Source: an uncultured Staphylococcaceae bacterium (GTDB taxonomy: Bacteria; Bacillota_I; Bacilli_A; RFN20; CAG-826). From it: a DNA stretch of 61,334 nucleotides. Location: NCBI GenBank assembly GCA_964507285.1, contig CAZDPH010000001.1, positions 1 through 61,334 on the forward strand, written 5' to 3'. Below are positions 60,942 to 61,334 of this stretch, in pieces (the first letter of the stretch is position 1; the number at the start of each line of letters is the position of its first letter). The notes beneath the pieces were generated by a model, which searched no databases, was not told where the DNA came from, and was given only the letters and a program-made list of their open reading frames with translations. The translations under genes and the position numbers were made by a program.

Positions 60942-61334
60942 TTAATAAGTTCTGACAGGTGTAATAAGTTGTAAAACTGAATCATCTTCTTTAGATACAA
61001 TCAAGAAAGGTTTCATTTCACCTACAAATTTAATTAAAACTTCATCTTTATTGATTGCATTTATAGCTTCTTTAACAAATGTAACATTAAAAGAAATTTC
61101 AAGTCTTTCACCAGTAAAATTAAATAATTTAAGAGTTTCACTAGCGTCACCTGTTTGTTGAGATTTACTAGAAATCAAACATTCATTGTTTGATAAAGTT
61201 AATTTTACAATATTTTCTTTTTCTGCACTAAATAAAGCAACTCTTTCACATGCTTTAATAAATTCTTCTCCATTAACTTCTAAATTATAAAAATATTCTC
61301 TTGGGAAAATAGAATTATATGCAGGATAATTGCC
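60942..61334 (-). CDS. dnaN: DNA polymerase III beta sliding clamp (C-terminal 131 codons; N-terminus beyond window end)
   Basis: The frame is open to the window edge: GNYPAYNSIFPREYFYNLEVNGEEFIKACERVALFS...LEISFNVTFVKEAINAINKDEVLIKFVGEMKPFLIV...LITPVRTY. These are typical domain III features of DnaN. The track shows only the part after an internal TTG. Confidence 0.9.
   Translation of the reverse strand, partial: GNYPAYNSIFPREYFYNLEVNGEEFIKACERVALFSAEKENIVKLTLSNNECLISSKSQQTGDASETLKLFNFTGERLEISFNVTFVKEAINAINKDEVLIKFVGEMKPFLIVSKEDDSVLQLITPVRTY

Overview
The window is 61.3 kb of a very AT-rich bacterial chromosome. Hand counts of typical 60-nt lines give about 20-25% G+C. Long ORFs such as mfd, ppdK and gyrA are uninterrupted under the standard code, so TGA is a stop and not Trp. 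Gene content and order point to a genome-reduced Firmicute or Mollicutes-like organism close to the replication origin. dnaN-yaaA-recF-gyrB-gyrA sits at the right edge, and a pth-mfd-S4-tilS-ftsH-dusB-lysS block lies further left. Almost all core genes are on the minus strand. Housekeeping genes include serS, ppdK, an FGGY kinase, trxB and nudF.

The accessory content, left to right, is:
- a YefM/YoeB toxin-antitoxin pair at the left edge;
- a frameshifted UDG-like gene;
- a tRNA-Leu(UAG) locus carrying a decayed, G+C-richer insert of about 3.5 kb (IS21 istB pseudogene, intact class-II Fic gene, terminase large-subunit pseudogene), bounded by roughly 140-bp direct repeats of the tRNA 5' part plus its promoter;
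- a Y-family DNA polymerase gene;
- an eleven-gene, 12.8-kb minus-strand cluster with two staphylococcal-nuclease lipoproteins, an OB-fold/BIG2 lipoprotein, two solute-binding lipoproteins and an ABC importer whose ATPase has an insertion of about 270 aa. This resembles the Mycoplasma MG186/Mhp379 nuclease-ABC arrangement;
- two tandem paralogous collagen-repeat surface proteins;
- a stand-alone 436-aa SIR2_2-type protein with an unrecognisable N-terminal domain, next to an XRE-NudF-NERD-thioredoxin-lipoprotein gene string;
- a TetR-regulated heterodimeric ABC exporter.

The short SIR2 gene, alone or with the neighbouring NERD gene, is my best candidate for an undescribed defence-type system.

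Every call rests on reading the sequence and on motif recognition from memory. No database search was possible.
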